Source of the DNA: Jimgerdemannia flammicorona | Taxonomy: Eukaryota | Reading direction: 5' to 3' | Assembly: GCA_003990765.1 (NCBI GenBank) | Contig: RBNJ01000063.1 | Location: 1 to 45,243, forward strand | DNA: 45,243 nucleotides | Part shown: positions 24,241-37,400 of the stretch, one piece after another | Numbering within the stretch: position 1 is the first letter of the stretch | Layout of the letters: every line of letters starts with the position of its first letter | Notes under the pieces: model-generated | Seen by the model: only the letters and a program-made list of their open reading frames with translations | Told to the model about the DNA's origin: nothing | Databases searched by the model: none | Position numbers and translations under genes: made by a program

Positions 24241-24862
24241 AGCTATACTTTTTAGTTGGGGGGTTTTTTTTTAAAAAAAATTGCCTTTTTTGGCAGACTT
24301 ATCAGCTAATCTATACTGATTAATTTAAGATTTAATTTATTATATAAGAATTCTTATAAATTTCAGCTTATTATAGAATAAATTCAAATTAATTCAAATT
24401 AATTTTTAGATAAATTTATTATATAATAAATTCAAACTGACTCAAATCAGTCATATAATTGGTAAATTTAAATCAGATTTGAATTTCTCTAACTTGATCA
24501 GAGTATTATTTTAAAGTAATAAGTAAATAAATAAATAAATTTAATTAATCTATTAGATAGTACTTTAAGCTAGTTTACTTAGCAGAACTGTAATAATTTC
24601 ACAGTTATATTTTAGTCTTAGTACTTTTTTGTATCTTTTTGCTAGTCTTTTCTTGTCTTTTCTTATATATTCTACTATATTTCAGTACCTTTTGAATATC
24701 TAGAAATCTTCTCTTAATATCAAGACATTATTAGAACATTTTTGTCTTTTCTTAATATTAAGTATCTTATCTTAGCTAGTTATAGAACCTTTTGGAATGT
24801 TATAGAATTCTATTAGTCATATTTGCTAAGAACCTATTTCTTGACTTTTCTTTTCTTTTCTA

Positions 24863-27800
24863 ATTTTTATAGTCACTTGGACTCTGCCATTTATTATCCA
24901 TCTATTAATAATTTTACAGTTTACCCTCGCACTACCCAATCCCCATAGGAGTACCACTTCTACTTACATAAACAAAGACCACTTTCTCACCCACTACCCC
25001 AACTCTCCCCCCACTCTGCCTATAGATTTATTCCACCAAATGATGCCTTCAACCCCCCTTCAACTCTCAACCTAGCCACCAGCCCATCAAGGTGTCTTCC
25101 ATAAGGCTACATCACCTCATCAGCCTAACCTCAGAGCCAAGTTTTCTCCCATCCTCAAAAACAAATAGCCAGTGACTGGCCAGCCCAACCCAAATGGCCA
25201 AAGCCTACTCTAATGTCAGCCATTCTTTCCCCACCCCCCCCTCCAGTCTACCCCTTAAATCCTCCCAATGTCCCCACACATCAGCTCTTCTGCACACTAC
25301 TCCCAGATGATCCCCAATGTTCTACCAAAAGGTACTAAGTACCTCACACTCTCCTAGCCAATGTTCAGGCATCTGTATATATCCCCCTTCCTGTCCTACA
25401 TTATAACACTCTTCACAGTCAAAGCAGCCTCCCTTGATAAGGTGACCGGAGCAGAAGTTGAGCATGACATTTCGCCTCAATATACACCACCAGACCACCC
25501 AGTACTTCGGTGGCAACCACCTCCTCACCTTGGCACTCCAGGCCCATATGCTATGCCAGTTCCACTCCTCACCAATTCCTATACCCTGCTAACTGCTAGG
25601 CCACAGATCCTGACCTGGTCCCTATTGGTATTCGATCCCATCACCAATGTTAAACTCAAGTAAGGGAATGCCCTCCAGTAACACTCAGTCCCATCACCAC
25701 ATCACTGGGTCCCAAGCCTCCTTCCCTTCATTTCTCCGTCACCTAATCCCAATGTAGCATACCCCCTCTGCCACTCCCCACCAGAAGCCTTTGTACCATA
25801 ATTGTCCAGAGTTCTGAAGGCCCACAAGCGCTAGGAGATCACCTGTTGAGCCTCTTGGAGAGGACCTCATCTCCTAGACTTTCTGCAGTAGGGGAACCCA
25901 ACTACTCCCTCTCAACTCCACCGCTCTCTTCAGCCACCAAGCTCTCAAGCAGTGCAGCCTCTTAGGAAAGTTGACCAGCCCAAGTCCCCCACTTACCACT
26001 GGTAAGGACAAGACCTCCCAGTTGATCTGACTCTGCCTTCCAGCCCAGATCCACCTCTTGGCCATCTTCATCAATCGCTTCACCACCCAAGCTGGAAAGT
26101 CCAGATGATAAGCCAGATACTACACCTTCGGCAGCCAATAGACATTCAGAATTGAAACGCATCCCATCAGAGACAATTGACAGCCCCCCCAGCTCTGCAG
26201 GGCCTCCTCCCAAATGCCAACCTGCTGCTCCCACCAAAGTCTGGACAGAACTGACCCATATACTGACAGATAGATACCCAAGTACCATACCACCTCACCA
26301 GCAGGGACAATCATACCAATAATCTCCCCACCCACTAGACCATTGCCTAACACCATTGTTTCACACTTATGCCAATTAAGCCTAGCCCCAGAGTTTGCCT
26401 CATACTACTCCACTGTCTCCTTGAGCTCCTCAACATCTGCAACTGATTCCAGACTGACCACCATATCATCTGCAAATGTCCCTACTTTCCACCTGATGCC
26501 AAAGATAGAGAGCCCCACTATCTTCTGCCTGATTCTGTCCATGAAGGGCTCCAGAGACAAAGTATACAAAATGGGAGACAGCGGGTCCCCCTGGGGCACC
26601 CCCCTACTCAGGGGAAATGCTACCCCTCGATGTCCATTACACATGAGTGCCGCCCTACTCCCTTCCAGTAGGCTGACCATGGTGGTCCTGAACTGTTGCA
26701 GGATCCCAATCCTGTCTAAAACTTTCGCCAACCAGACCCATCATACTCAGTCATAGGCCTTCTCCTGGTCCAAAAAGACCAGACGCCCATCAAGTCCACT
26801 GGCTCATACCCCTTCAATAACACCATGTACCTATGCTGTACTATCTCTGATGAGCCGGCCTCCAACAAAGCCATGCTGCTCCTCACTCAAGACTTGCTGG
26901 GCCACCTTTTGCAACCTTGTGACCACCACTTTGGTAACCAACTTTCTGTCTATATCCAGTAGCATAATTAGCCTCCAGTTCTTCCAGTCCTCTCAGCTTC
27001 CTTTGTTCTTATAAAGCAATATCACCAACCCTAGATCCTGTTCTCCCACCCATCTCCCTGTCTGTAGAATCCAATCACACAGTGCCATCATCTCTCCCAC
27101 TATTCCAGAGACTCCCACCATCCTTTTCCAGAAGTCCCAGGGCAGCCCATCCTCTCCAGGCACCATACCCAAGGTTGTTGCAGCAAGAACCTGGTAGATC
27201 TCCTCCTCTAGTACTGGCAGTACTAAGTCATCCAACCCAGCTGCTCAGGTAGAGTACCAATCCTCCAAAGCTTGATCAATGTCCTCAGCACCTACCCCAC
27301 CCTCCTCCTCACTCCACAATCCACTCTAATGCTCCTTTAACAATCCAAGAATGTCTTGTACTCTATGCACCAATGAACCATCAGCATTAAGCACCCCCTC
27401 TCACCTTTGCTGTACCCTTCTCACCTGAAGGGCCCTTGTAAGAAACTTCGAGGGCCACTCTCCTTCCTCCAGCCCCTGCCAACGAAGCCATGCTGCCAGA
27501 CCCTGGACCCTTGCCTCTTCCTCATTTCTCAGCACCTGTTGTAGTTCAGCCACCTCTATTTGTAACTGTATCAATTGCTAGTCCTCCTCTCTCTCCAATG
27601 TTGCCAGTCTTATCCAGTCCTCCAAGAGTCTAGATAATCTACATGATGCCCACCACACCTGCCACCTCCTCTGTCTCCCTGCCTCCATACCAGCCTCACT
27701 TCAGAAGGCCCTGGCCATCTCCTTCATCCTCATCTACTGAATATCAACTGTGACACCTCCTTGCCTCCAATACTCCACCTGCATTTGAATGACTTTGGCC

Positions 27801-30733
27801 CATTTACCCCACTGGATCTTATTATCTAGTAAGGAGGAATTGAGATGCCAATGTCCAGGCCCATCCCCACTCCCCCCAAAATGTCTCTGCCCCAAAAGCC
27901 CCCAATAATCTGACCAAGGACACCATTCTACCTCCAGTGACTTCCAAACATCCAGGCCCCAGTAGCTGGCTGTCAGAATCCAATCAATTCTCGTCCCCAG
28001 GCCCCTGGCCCAGTATATGTATACCCTTCTATTCCCCCAACATTCCCTACCCACATCCACCAGAGCACTAAGTCTTTCCACTTCCTCCCATGCTGTCAGT
28101 CCTCCACTCTGTCCTACAGCACCTCATCCCCCATCAGTTCTATCTCTCAATATGTCTCGGACCATATTGAAGTCCCTGCCAAGCACATCTACCCCAACCT
28201 CCACAAGAATCCCACTCTCCTATAGGCCTGTCACCCAATTCACCCACTCGCCCCATACTGCAGGGCAGTAACAGAAGCCCACCATAACTGACTCCCAACT
28301 TGTGCATATCCACTCTCCCTAGACCAATCTATCCCCCCAGCTCTGCATATCCCATATCTCCCCTCTGCCCTTCTACACCAGAATTCCAACCTTGCCCTTC
28401 CAAACTGCCCCACCTCCCCACTTCTTCGTCCATTCCAGTCTATCTAAGTCATCCTTACACCTGACATCCTGCAAGAGGAAGAGATCAGCCTCCAATCTCT
28501 TTAGCCAAGTAAAAATGTTCTTATGTTGATAAGTGCCCCGTAACCTATTCACATTTAAAGAAAAAATGTTGGTTGTACTATTCATAAGAAAAATCATATA
28601 GTTTCAGATGTGTCCTCTACTGCTCCATATCCACTTCCTCCTGTGCCCTATCCAGGTTGTGCTCAGCAATAGCTTCTGCCTCCTCAGTCCTCTTAGCCTC
28701 CAATTTAGCCAGGATTTCTGCCATCTCCCCATCCTCCTTTTCCTCAAACTCCTCGTGGTACTCCAAACAAGCCTCCTGCCAGAGCTGCAGTCCATACCTC
28801 TTAGTCCAACAGTAGGCAGTCCACTCACCTGCCACAACTGCCAGAGCAGCTTCCCTCTTCTTATCTATCTCATACCCCTCCTCTTCCAAGTACACTACTA
28901 GAATTTCTGTCTTCAATGCTACCACCACTCTATCTCCTTGTAGGATCCTTGCCCAATGCTCATCACTCATCCCTCGGAGGTTGACTTCCCCCAGCTCTTC
29001 AGCTGCCAAGTTGTTCATCATCCGGCATATCCAGAGCAAGATTCCCACCTCCTTCTCTCCTGGGGTCGCTGGCCTCCTGTCATCCAACATCATAGTATCA
29101 GCCCCTACACTCACTGACTCATTCCATCCCTCCTCCAGGACATCCACCAATTCCTCTTCCCCAGTTGCCTCTACCAATCCCCCCTTCTCTACATTTGAGA
29201 CTCCAAAGTGCACCTGCTGAGCACCATGCATCGGCACATCCTCCATCACTCTACCTTTCACCACTGGACCCCTTCTGATAGGGGAGAGGGTGAAGGTGAA
29301 TCCTCTCAGGTTTTCTCCCAAACCTCCAGTGTGCCATCTTCATATGGATTCTTGCTTGGTACCTTCATGGCCTCCACCTGTCCCTCCTCCTCATTCTGTC
29401 CACTACTAGCAGCCCAGACACTCACCTCAGCACCTCTAGTGGTTGTACTATTGCTTGCCTTCCTCATTGCCTCCACCCCCATTTTCGCCAACAATTCCCA
29501 CTGCCTTCTGTGCCCTTGGGACCTCTCCCACACCTCCTTGTTGATGCGGACTCACTTTCCTCCAACCACCTCAAGATACGTCACTGCCTTGAATGCCTTC
29601 CATGCTTTCGCTCTCCTCTCAACCACTCCACTCAACTCCTCTAGTACTTCTAGCAAATCCTTCTCCTCCTCCTCACTCCCCTTTACTCTCATCACCTTAC
29701 ACAAGATAGCCCCCCACATCATTACTGAGGGCCAGTCCTGAGCCTTCCCAGTAGCCTCCTGCCCAGCCAGCCGAATCCTGACGTCAACATCCCCTGTCTG
29801 GAGAGAGGTTCCTTCTCACACTCTGAACCCAATATTGACTACCTCCCCATACTCTGCCATAATCTCCTTGACTCTCTTCCTCATCTCTACAGCAGTAACA
29901 GTGGGAACTCCTTTCACCAGAAGCTACACCACTTTTGGATCTCATTGCAGGTATCTCACCATTAGTACACATACCTCACCTACTTTCATCCCAGTCTTCA
30001 AAGCCTCCTCCAGTAGCCCAGCCTCCTCAAATCCCACCTCCACCCCTTCTAGGCCCTTCAGGAACTTGACCAATGCTGCCCCACTCATCTGCTTCACAAT
30101 CAGCCCCAGAACCATTTTTGCTGTCACCACTAAGCCCCAGAAACACATCATGACTGCAAATTCTGAGATCGACTTCTTGAGTAACAGAGCCACTGCCAGT
30201 CCCATTATACCATCTACCAGGTCCCTGGGCCTCATGCCCTTCCCACTGCTCAGCTCACTATCAGCAGTCCCATTTAGATTTTTTTCCAGATCACCTGTTA
30301 CACCCCCATCAGTAGTCCCCGCCTCAGCCACTACCCCCCCAGCTCTACCCCTATGGCCCTCCAGAGAGGTACCCCCATGAGGTTACTGCCTGGTAGCCCT
30401 TACTGGTGCCTTTCCCCCCCTCAGCCAGCTCTCCAGTCCAGCTCTCTGTTGACCTCCCTTTACCTTCTCTGCAAAGCTCGCTCTGCCAGACCCTTGACCT
30501 CCAGCTCTGCCCCCTCCTCCACTATGTCCTCCTGCCAGCAGGCCCCTCATGCTTCCCCCCAAGCCAGGGCCTCTTCCCACTTGCTGCCATTCAAATGCTC
30601 CAGGGCCACCCTGCCCAGTATGCACCCCAGGATGCTCATTGGTTGCCATGATACTAGTAGCTTGTCTCCAGAAACTGTGTCGAAAGTATTGCTAAAAGAT
30701 TGTGTAACCTGAATGTTATCAGAGAAAGATGTG
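24863..30733 (-). mobile_element. Full-length L1/Tx1-like LINE, copy 1 (ORF1 ~30649-28617; ORF2 APE-RT ~28597-24960), degenerate, inserted in the Gypsy-B 5' LTR
   Basis: NIFSLNVNRL...LFLLQD (APE), GVPQGDPLSPILY, FADDMVV, YLGI, GGLGL; 3' end gagtccaagtgactat(A)n; 5' end matches copy 2. Confidence 0.92.
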
Positions 30734-31008
30734 CCTTTCAGATCTTTCTTTCAGATTCTGTATAAATATCCTTATTCTCTACTTAAATAAAGCTCAGAAT
30801 ATTTTCTCTCAGAATTCCTTTAAGAATATTTAAATCTACAAGTATCTCTTTAAGCTACTTTAGATTTACTAAAATTATCAGTCTTAACTACTTTCTCTTA
30901 AAGAAACTAAAACTATTACACTTGATAGCAGTAGTATTAATATACCTTATCTTATTAAAAAATCTTATACAAATTTAGAAACTAGTCACAACTAGTTATA
31001 TAAGCCCA

Positions 31009-34000
31009 AATGAGTTATGGAGAACTAGTTTACTATCTAGATCTCTTTGCTATAGAAGAAGCAGATAGTATAGAACTACAAGTCAATTTGGAGGATATGA
31101 TTACTACTATGGTCTATCAGATCTAACAACTTCAAGTACAACTAGAATATCAGAAAACCAAAACTATAGCTACATTATATCTTGCCACCATACTAATCAG
31201 TTTTAAGCTATCTAAGTCAAATATCTTTAATAGTCACTAAGAAGACCTAACTACAGATATATAGACCTTCTAATTAGACCAATACTTTGAACTTACAATA
31301 ATGAAAAAAGACATATAAGTTCAATTTACTGCTATACTTCTCTGAGAAAATATAGCTATCTGGTGATATAATTATATTATGACTACTATCTCCTATTTAA
31401 ACATAAGAATCCAAAATTGGAAATTCTTTAAGGAGACTCTCTACCAGTAGTTCAAGCCTGCTAATACTATTAAGCTAGCCTGAAATAAGCTAGTAAACAT
31501 TAAGTAACTCAAGTCTATATAAAGTTACAATATATAATTTCTATTAATCCTACTTAAGCTATCAGTAATAATAGAAGATGAAAAGATAAACTGCTATATC
31601 CAAGACCTGAAAGAAAATACATAAGTCAAGATTAATTTAAAAGAGCCACAGACTCTCAATGAGACTATGAGAATTGCTAATAGATTCAATATCATTACCT
31701 TTAGTAACTATTTTGAACCAGAATACTATAAGAAGAACTACTTTAAGAACTATTACAAGAATTAATCCAAAGTAGTTAGCTTAGTACCAATAGATTTAGA
31801 TGCTATAAATAAGAAAAATAACAAGCTTACTCTTAAAGAAAAAGATCACCTGAAAAAATCTAGAGCTTATTTATTCTACTATCAAATATAATATATTATA
31901 ACTAAATGTCCTAAAAAGATCAGTAAATCCTCAAGACCAGTTACTATATTGTCCAAAGATACATCTATCAATCTTACTATTAGTCAATCTGAACTCAAGA
32001 TTAAGAAGCTTCATCTGAAGGCTCAGATCTCTCAATATTAATTAGAAGGAGTTATTGGTCTTAATCTATACTCTGTTAAACAAATCACTATTTTGGCCAA
32101 AGATCAAACTCTGGTGTCTACTGGAATTGCAGTCCAATGTCCTAAAGAACATTATACTAGAATTGTACTATGATCAGGACTCAGTATCAAACATTATTTA
32201 GATATTAATGCTAGTGTTATTGATTTAGACTATTGAGAATAAGTTCAAGTCTTACTTATCAATCAGAAGGATCAAGACTATATAGTTAAGGAAGGAGACT
32301 GAGTTGTACAAATGATTCCAGAAAATACCAGTTAACCTAAGATTATAGAAGTCTAACAAGTATCGGAAATCAAGCAAGATCAAAAATATTTTAATAGTAC
32401 TAATCAAATAGTAAGTTTTACTAAAAACCAAGCTCAAGTTATACTCATTTTCAAAGGACTAGTCAAAGAAAAAGAAGTTTAAGTACTCATAGACAATAGA
32501 GTTATAGAGAACTTTATCAACTAGAATCTCATTAAAAATCTCAAAATTCTCATCAAGCTTGTACTCAAGAATAATAGTATAGTTATTATAGATAGTATAC
32601 TATATCCTATTGAGTCAATTGTAGTCAAACTATCAATCAAGATTCAGAAATATTGGAAATAAGTAGACTTTGAGATTATACTACTAAGAGATTATAATCT
32701 GATCTTAGAAAACTCTGACTTATCAAATATAACTCAAACATCAATTGGTATAAGAATGAAGTTACTTTACTTCAAGATAGAGTCAATATCACTATCAAGG
32801 CCTACAAGCAAAACCCAGATTGCAATACTGTCAGCAATACAGTATAAGAAAGTACTCAAGAAGGTAGTATATGCCTTTATTGCAATAATCTATCCTAAGA
32901 AATGAGACAAGAAACTATCAATTAATGAAAACATCAAGTTATTGCTTGAAGAATTTAAGGATATCTTTCTAGATAAGCTATCTGATCTACTATTTATATA
33001 AGAAGTTGATTATGAAATCAAATTAATTCCAGGAGCTATACTATTTAAGAAATATATATACTATATATCATCTCTCAAAATTGAAGCAGTCAAAAAAGAA
33101 CTAGAAGAACTACTTATATAATGAGCTATTCAATCAAGCAAATCTCCCTATAGCCCACCAATTCTATTTATCAAGAAGAAGAAGAATACTTTATAAATAT
33201 ATATAGACTACTATATACTTAATAAGCTTATAGTTAAGAACTGATATCTATTACCCTTGATTGATCAAATTTTTGATACTCTTAAGAATGCCAAGTACTT
33301 CACTAAGTTGGACCTTATATTAGACTACTACCAAATCTGAATTAAGCCAAAAGATATTCTCAAAACTATATTCATAACTTTCTTTAAACTCTATAAATTT
33401 CTAGTAATAGTATTTAATCTTACTAATATATTTACTATATTTCAGACTCTCATAAATAAGATATTCAAGGATTAACTATTTATCTTCTTATTGATATATC
33501 TTAACAATATTCTGATATTTAATATAACTAAAGAAGAATATCTCAAGCATATCTGAGTAGTTCTGAAGATCTTGTAAAAACACAAGCTTTATACAAAATA
33601 TAAAAGTGTGAATTCTTCAAAGAATAAGTTAAATATCTTGGCTACATTATCTCTGTATAAGAAATCTAAGTAGATCTATACAAGATAGAGATAATTTAAG
33701 AATGGTCTATTTTATCAAATCTCATAGAACTCTAGTTCTTTCTTAATCTAGCTAGCTACTACTATCACTTTGTCAGAACTTCTCTAATATTGCTGAGCCA
33801 CTGACTAATCTCATAAGAAAGACACCTCACTCTAATTACTATATATTCTATATCTGAGATCTCTTCTATTAATAAGTTTTCTAAGAACTCAAGAACTGCC
33901 TTACCTATACTTCAGTCCTATATAATATAGATCTAAGTCTAAAATTCACTTTTGCTACTAATACATCAAATTTTACCATTAGAGTAGTCCTGTTATAAGA

Positions 34001-34479
34001 TGATGGCAAGAGATATTACTCTATTGTCTTTGAGTTCTATAAGTTAGCTCTAGCTGAACAAAAGCTAGCTATCCATAAGAAGGAGTTACTAGCAATAATA
34101 TATATACTAGACCACTAGTGATACTATCTAGAAGATATTGAGTTTGATATTATTACTAATTATCAATCTCTCAAGTATATTAATACTCAATTTACTCTAT
34201 CATATCTATAAGCCAAGTAGAGTCTAAAGCTTCAAACCTTCAATCTAATGATAATCTATAAGTCTGGCAAAATACTTATAGTATCAGATATCTTATCTAG
34301 ATACTCAGACCTTACTACAATTATATAAGTCACCTTGGTATCTAAATTTTTAAACCAAATTAAGCAAGCTTATCAAGAATATACTATTACTACTAGAGTT
34401 TTCTTGAATAAGCTCAAGGATATATATATATACTATCAAGAATAATCTGATCTATATACTATTAAGACAAAGTCTATCT
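31009..34479 (+). pseudogene. Gypsy-B gag-pol, 5' part (gag, PR, RT, RNase H)
   Basis: VPIDLDA, decayed knuckle near 31870-31910, VLIDNRVIENFI (PR), SKSPYSPPILFIKKK, YFTKLDL, IYLNNILIF (YLDD), KELLAII. Confidence 0.85.
31993..32405 (+). pseudogene. Gypsy-B dUTPase domain (between gag and PR)
   Basis: LKIKKLH...GVIGLNLYS, VSTGIAVQCP, *SGLS, ASVIDLDY, VKEGD*VVQMI and QKYFNST are decayed dUTPase motifs I-V. Confidence 0.8.
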
Positions 34480-37400
34480 CATACTTTCTCTAGTAATATT
34501 CAGGTTATACAATCTTTGGCAATACTTTTGACATAGTTTCTGGAGAAAAGCTACTAGTATTATGGTAACCAATAAGCATTCTAAGGTACATACTGGGCAG
34601 GGTGGCCCAGGTATGTTTAACTGGCAGTATGTGAGAAGAGACTCTGGCTTAGAGAGAAGCATGAGGGGTCTGCTGATGGGAAGAATATAGTAGGGGAGGG
34701 GGCAGTACTAGAGGTCAGGGGACAGAGAGGACAAGCTTTATAGATAAGGTAAAGGGGGGTCAGCAGAGAGCTGGACTAGAGGGCTGACTTAGAAGAGACA
34801 AGGAGATAGTGAAGACTGCAGAGCAGTGGCCTCAAGGGGGAGTCTCTCTAGGGGGCCAGAGTAGTGGGGCTGGTAGTATAGGGGCTGAGGAGTAACTGCT
34901 GATGGAAGCATGATGAGTGATTAGGAAAAAAATCTAGATGGAACTACTAATGGTGAACTAAGCAGTGGGAAAGACATGAGGCCTAGTAATCTGACAGATG
35001 GTATAATGAAACTAGTGGTGGCACTATTACTCAAGAAGTTGATCTCAGAGTTTGCAGTCACCTTATACTTCTGGGGCTTAGCAGTAATGGCAAAAATAGT
35101 CCTGGGGCTGATTGCTAAGCAGGTGGCTGAAGTGGTATCTGTAAAGTTCCTAAAGGGACTGAAGAGAGTAGAGGTTGGCTTTGAGGAGGCTGGACCATTA
35201 GAGGAGATACTGAAGACAGGGTTGATAGTTGGAGAAGTATGTGTTCTAATGGCACACTACCCCAGAGTAGTGCAATTGCTGGTAAAGAGGGTGCCCACAG
35301 TAACTGCTGAGAAGATAAGGAGGAGAGTTGAGGAATCATGGCTGAGTATGGTGAGGTGGTCAATATTGGGTTTTAGGTCTGAGAGGGGACCTCATTTAGG
35401 ACTAGAGATGTTGATGTTTGAATTCAGTTAGTAGGGAAGAAAGCTATCAGAAAGACTAGGGACTGGCCTTTAGTGATAGTCTGGGGGGCTTTCTTATATA
35501 AGGTAATAAGGGTAAAGGAGAGTGAGGAGGAGGAAGAGAATCTGCTAGAGATACTGGAGGAGCTGAGTAGTACTATAGAGTGGAGGGCTAAGGCTTGGAA
35601 GGTATATATCAAGTCAACATATTTGGAAGTAGTAGATGGAAAGAGGATTTGGATAGATAAGGAGTGATGGGAAAGTTCTCAAGAATGCAAGAAGTAAAGA
35701 GAGCTATTGGCAAAACTGAAAAGCAGGATGAAGAAGAATGCTGGTAGCATTGAAATTATAAAGAGAGCCAAGGAGAGTATCTGGGCTGGTGAGGATAGAG
35801 AGAATATAGAGAAGAGGCCAGGAGGAGAAGAGGAGATAAAGGAAAATAACCCTTATAAGGATAGTACCTTTGAGGTCTGAGAGCTATCTCTGACCCCTAT
35901 ACTGCTTATTAAATAAGATCTAGCTTCAAGGGGCAGGGTGGCAGAGGATGTGCCCATATAGGGAGTCTAGAGAGTATACTTTGGAGTTCCTGAGGTAGTA
36001 AAGGGGGGGCAGGTAGTGGCAGTAGATGAGGATGAACTGGTAAATGTTCAGGAGGAGGAGTGGAATAAGGCTGTGAGCACAGGGGCTGATATCTCAATGC
36101 TGGAGAGAGGGTGGCCAGCAACTCTCAGAAGAAAGAAGGTGGGAAACCTACTATAGATATGTAAGATGATGAACAACTTTGCAGTAGAGGAGTTGGGAGA
36201 GGTGGACCTGTAAGTGATGAGTGATAAGTATTGTACATATATCCTATATAGTGAGGGAGTGATAGAGACACTGAAGGCAGAGATTCTTATAGTTTTCCTA
36301 GAGGAGGAAGGGTATGAGGTTGATAAGGAGAGAGAGGCTAGGCTGGTGGTTGTTACTAGTAAGAGGGCTGCTTTCTGTTAGGTAGAGTAGTATTCGATTG
36401 AAGCTCTGGCAGGAGGCCTGTCTGAAATATCATAAAGAATTTGAGAAGAAGAAGGATGGAGAGCTTACAGAACTTCTGGCTAGATTGGAGACTAAGAGAA
36501 CTAAAGAGGAGGAGAAAGCTGTGAAACATAATCTGAACCTAGCTCAAGATGAGATAAATATAGAGCAGTAGAGGATATACTTACTATTATACATTATTCC
36601 TTATAAATAGTATAACTAACATTTTCTCTTTAAATGTGAATGGGCTCTGGGGTTCATTTAATCAATGGAACATTTTTGCTTAGCTGAAGGGATTGGAGAT
36701 CAATCTCTTTCTTTTGCAGGATATCAGATATAAAGATGATTTGGATAAACTAGAATAGATAAAGAAATGGAGAGAGAAGGTAGTTTGAAAGGGCAAGATT
36801 GGGATTCTGGTCAGGAAGAGCAGAGGGGAGATATGGGATATACAGAACTGGGGAGACAGGCTGGTCTGAGATGAGTGGATTCACACTGATCAGAAACTGA
36901 TTATAGTTGGATCCTGTTACTGTTCTGTAGTATGGAGTGAGGGTGTAGAGTGGGTGAAGGGTCTCTAGGAGAAAGGAACTCTGGCAGAGACTGGAGTAGA
37001 TATGCTTGGTGGGGACTTTAATATGATCAGAGATATACTGTTAGATAGAACTGATGGAGGGTGGGGGGCAGAGAGAAGGAGTAGAGATTTGGAGGCATAG
37101 GAGAAAGTAGAGAGGCTGAGTACTTTAGTGGATGCTAGCAGGGAGTTGTAGAGTGACAGAAGGGTGTATACACATTGGACAAGTGGCCTGGAGATGAGAA
37201 TTGACTAGATTTTGACAGCAGACTACTGGGGTCTAGATGTTTGGGGGTCTCTGGAGATAGAATGGTATCTGTGGTCTGATCATTGGGAACTGCTGGGGCA
37301 GGGCCATTTTGGGGGGAGTGGAGATAGACTAGAACATTGGTATCTCAACTCCTCCCTGGTAGATAATAAGATACTGTAGGATAAGAGAGCTAAGGATATT

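Noticed and set aside
28608-30712. Long plus-strand ORFs (177 aa, 181 aa and others)
   Set aside because: Antisense to LINE ORF1 with no independent motif support.
24841-30745. TSD for LINE copy 1
   Set aside because: No convincing duplication is visible; the tail is short and the flanks are low-complexity.
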